Source: Orbicella franksi | Lineage: Eukaryota | Assembly (NCBI GenBank): GCA_964199315.1 | Contig: OZ116701.1 | Span: 22,196,001 to 22,260,000 of the forward strand | Length of the DNA: 64,000 nt | Direction: 5' to 3' | In this document: positions 61,850 through 64,000 of the stretch, one piece after another | Layout: every line of letters starts with the position of its first letter | How positions within the stretch are numbered: position 1 is the first letter of the stretch | Notes under the pieces: model-generated | The model's database searches: none | Seen by the model: the letters and a program-made list of their open reading frames with translations, nothing else | Told to the model about the DNA's origin: nothing | Translations under genes and position numbers: made by a program

Positions 61850-64000
61850 ACTAACCCTGAGCTAAAGTTGAAATTGTACACCACGCATGGAAATACAGAG
61901 ATACCAGTACAGAAGGTCAATGGTTTGGTGGTTGAGCACTTCAATTAGAAAGTAAAGACAGAGCTTCCCAAGGCATACTCGCAGGACAGTGTCCTGTCAA
62001 GAAGAAACCAGATCTCATGCTCTTAGACAGCAAGCACGTGGCCACACCTTCAGCAAATAGAGATTAAGATCCCTCTTTACCAAGAACATTTAGAAGTAGG
62101 CATTCTGATTGGATGCAACTGCCCCTGAGCTATCAAGCCATGTGAGGTGATTAATGGAAAGGGAGATGCCCATACACCATTAGAACACTACTGGGATGGG
62201 GAATCATTGGCCCAGTCACCCCAGTCAAAGAACTGCTGAACGATGCTGAGAATGAGGATATAACTTGTTGCAGAAACTTCACTCAAGAGATTGGACTGGC
62301 CAAACATATCGACAGGAAGTTTGTTATAGATACACAAATGAAGGAGGTCATGAACACCTATCAAGTGAGAGGAATGCTCGAGTAAGATTACTCTGAAAGA
62401 TACACTGGAGACCAGGCCCTCTCCCAGGGATGATGGACATTATGCAATGCCCCTACCATTGAAAGAGCCAAACACTAAGTTGCCAAACAATCGAGATATA
62501 GCCTTCCATCACTTAAAACAGCCCAAGAGGAGATTTGCGTCAGATGAGAAGTACCAAAATGATTATGTAGCCTTCATGAACACCATTATCCAAAGAGGCT
62601 ATGCTGAGAAAGTATCTAAAGTGAATGAAGACGAAAATGAAAATAATCAGCAAGTATGGTATATTCCTCATCACAGGGTTTACCACCTAAGAAGCCAAAC
62701 AAGATGAGAGTGGTGTTTGATTGCTCAGCTGTATTTAAAGGGGAATCCCTGAACAAGCATCTGCCAGGACCTGACATAACCAACAACTTGACAGGTGTTC
62801 TATGCAGATTTTGCCAGGAAGCTGTGGTTCTCATGTGCAACATAGAAGAAATGTTCCATCAAGTGAAGGTCAGAGCGAGGCATGGAGAGACTTGTTGAGC
62901 TTTCTATGGTGGGAGAATGGAGACACATCCAGCCAACCAGGAGAATAATGAATGATAGTCCACCTATTTGGAGCTACGTCCTCCCCAGGCAGCTCAAACT
63001 TCACCCTCAAGTCAACTGCAAACGACATTGAAAGGGAGATCAGTTCTGCAGCAGCTACCTTCCTTTGAGAGGATTTCTATGTCGATGATGGTCTTGTCGG
63101 TGCCATCTGTTATATCATGTGTTCTATTACATGAAGTAGGACGCTCCAATAACTGCTATATCGTGTGTTGTTTATATCAAGTAGGATCTTGCTAAATATT
63201 CCATATGTTCTATGTAGTTGTGGTTCTTCTACTGTTATCGGGGTTGGTTTTAACACCATCAGTAGACAAAGCTGTACCGCTGATTAAGGATGCAAAGGAG
63301 GTGTGCAAGAGAGTAGGATTTAGGCTGCATGCGTTTACCTCCAACAGCAAAGAAGTTATCAACAGTGTACCCTTAGAAGACAGAACGGAGGAAATCAAGA
63401 ATAAAGATCTAGATCAAGATGTTCTCCCAAGATAGGGTGCTTGGGATTAAGTGGTGCAGTGAGCTCCATCGTCGATGCTCTGGGCTTTGTGGCCATTTTG
63501 TGGCCGCAGACAACAAGGTGGTGGTGCTTGGTTACATAGCTAACAAGTCATGAGGGTTCCATGTCTGCATAGCCAATTGCGTCCAGGAGATTCAAGACAA
63601 AACCTTGCTGAAGCAATGGAGATATGTTGAAACAAAGTCCGACCCAGCAGAGGACGCATCATGTGGTCTTTGTGCTCAGGATATCTCAAATTCTAAATGG
63701 ATTTTGGGACCCAAGTTCTTCTGGAAAAAGGAAAACCAGTGGCCAGAAGCTACGGGTGGTGAGGAGACAATTGCTGATAAACCCTCAGAACAAGATCCTG
63801 AAGTAAAAACAGTTGTTGCCATGGAAACAACATCTGTCCCATAAGTATCATTGGCAGATCACATCAAATACTTTTCAAAGTGGTTCAACTCACAGAAACC
63901 TGTCGCTCTCTAAGCAAGAATTTTGAAACTTTGAATGGAAGAAAGAAATCAGCCCTTGTTGTGGCAAAGGCCCAAAGTCACAGCAGAAGAAACAAGGATG
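61850..64000 (+). mobile_element. BEL/Pao retrotransposon pol fragment, decayed
   Basis: ILIGCNCP..RTLLGWGIIGPV; WYIPHHRVYH..KMRVVFDCSAVFKGESLNKHL.GPDITNNLTGVLCRF; HLFGATSSPG; FYVDDGL; WRYVETKSDPAEDASCG..WILGPKFFWK are all BEL/Pao signatures. Confidence 0.9.
63108..63255. mobile_element. Solo LTR (148 bp) inserted in the BEL RT
   Basis: TGTTA...TAACA ends, with a 5-bp TSD CCATC at 63103-63107 and 63256-63260. The BEL frame resumes as PSVDKAVPLIK. Confidence 0.88.

Noticed and set aside
1-64000. CRISPR array, prokaryotic operons or bacterial defence systems
   Set aside because: There are no repeat-spacer arrays or bacterial gene organisation. The 44-bp array has no unique spacers, and the content is eukaryotic TE.

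Overview
Repeat-dense, AT-rich animal genomic DNA. The TTAGGG-type repeat and the mix of repeat families suggest a cnidarian such as a coral, but that is inference only. No intact host gene could be recognised. The window is almost entirely decayed and nested transposable elements: three Gypsy-type LTR retrotransposons with paired LTRs, PBS, PPT and target-site duplications (TSDs); one DIRS1-like element, three Ngaro-like tyrosine-recombinase elements and one extra DIRS RT fragment; a CR1/L2-group LINE with a 2A-like motif; two Penelope GIY-YIG fragments, one followed by a hammerhead-like motif; a BEL/Pao fragment split by a solo LTR; a Helentron-type non-autonomous element (HINE/DINE-1 architecture); two TTAA-flanked Kolobok-type elements; a TIR element with a possibly Zator-like transposase remnant; 5S- and tRNA-derived repeats; and a 44-bp minisatellite. 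The most notable structure is a four-level insertion stack at 2.4-12.3 kb whose junctions can be resolved to the base. All long ORFs carry stops or frameshifts. I found no convincing wholly new biological system. The best leads are the tRNA-like mobile unit with a conserved upstream leader, the variant hammerhead core, the Helentron-type element and its cargo, and the signal-peptide/2A-like LINE N-terminus.
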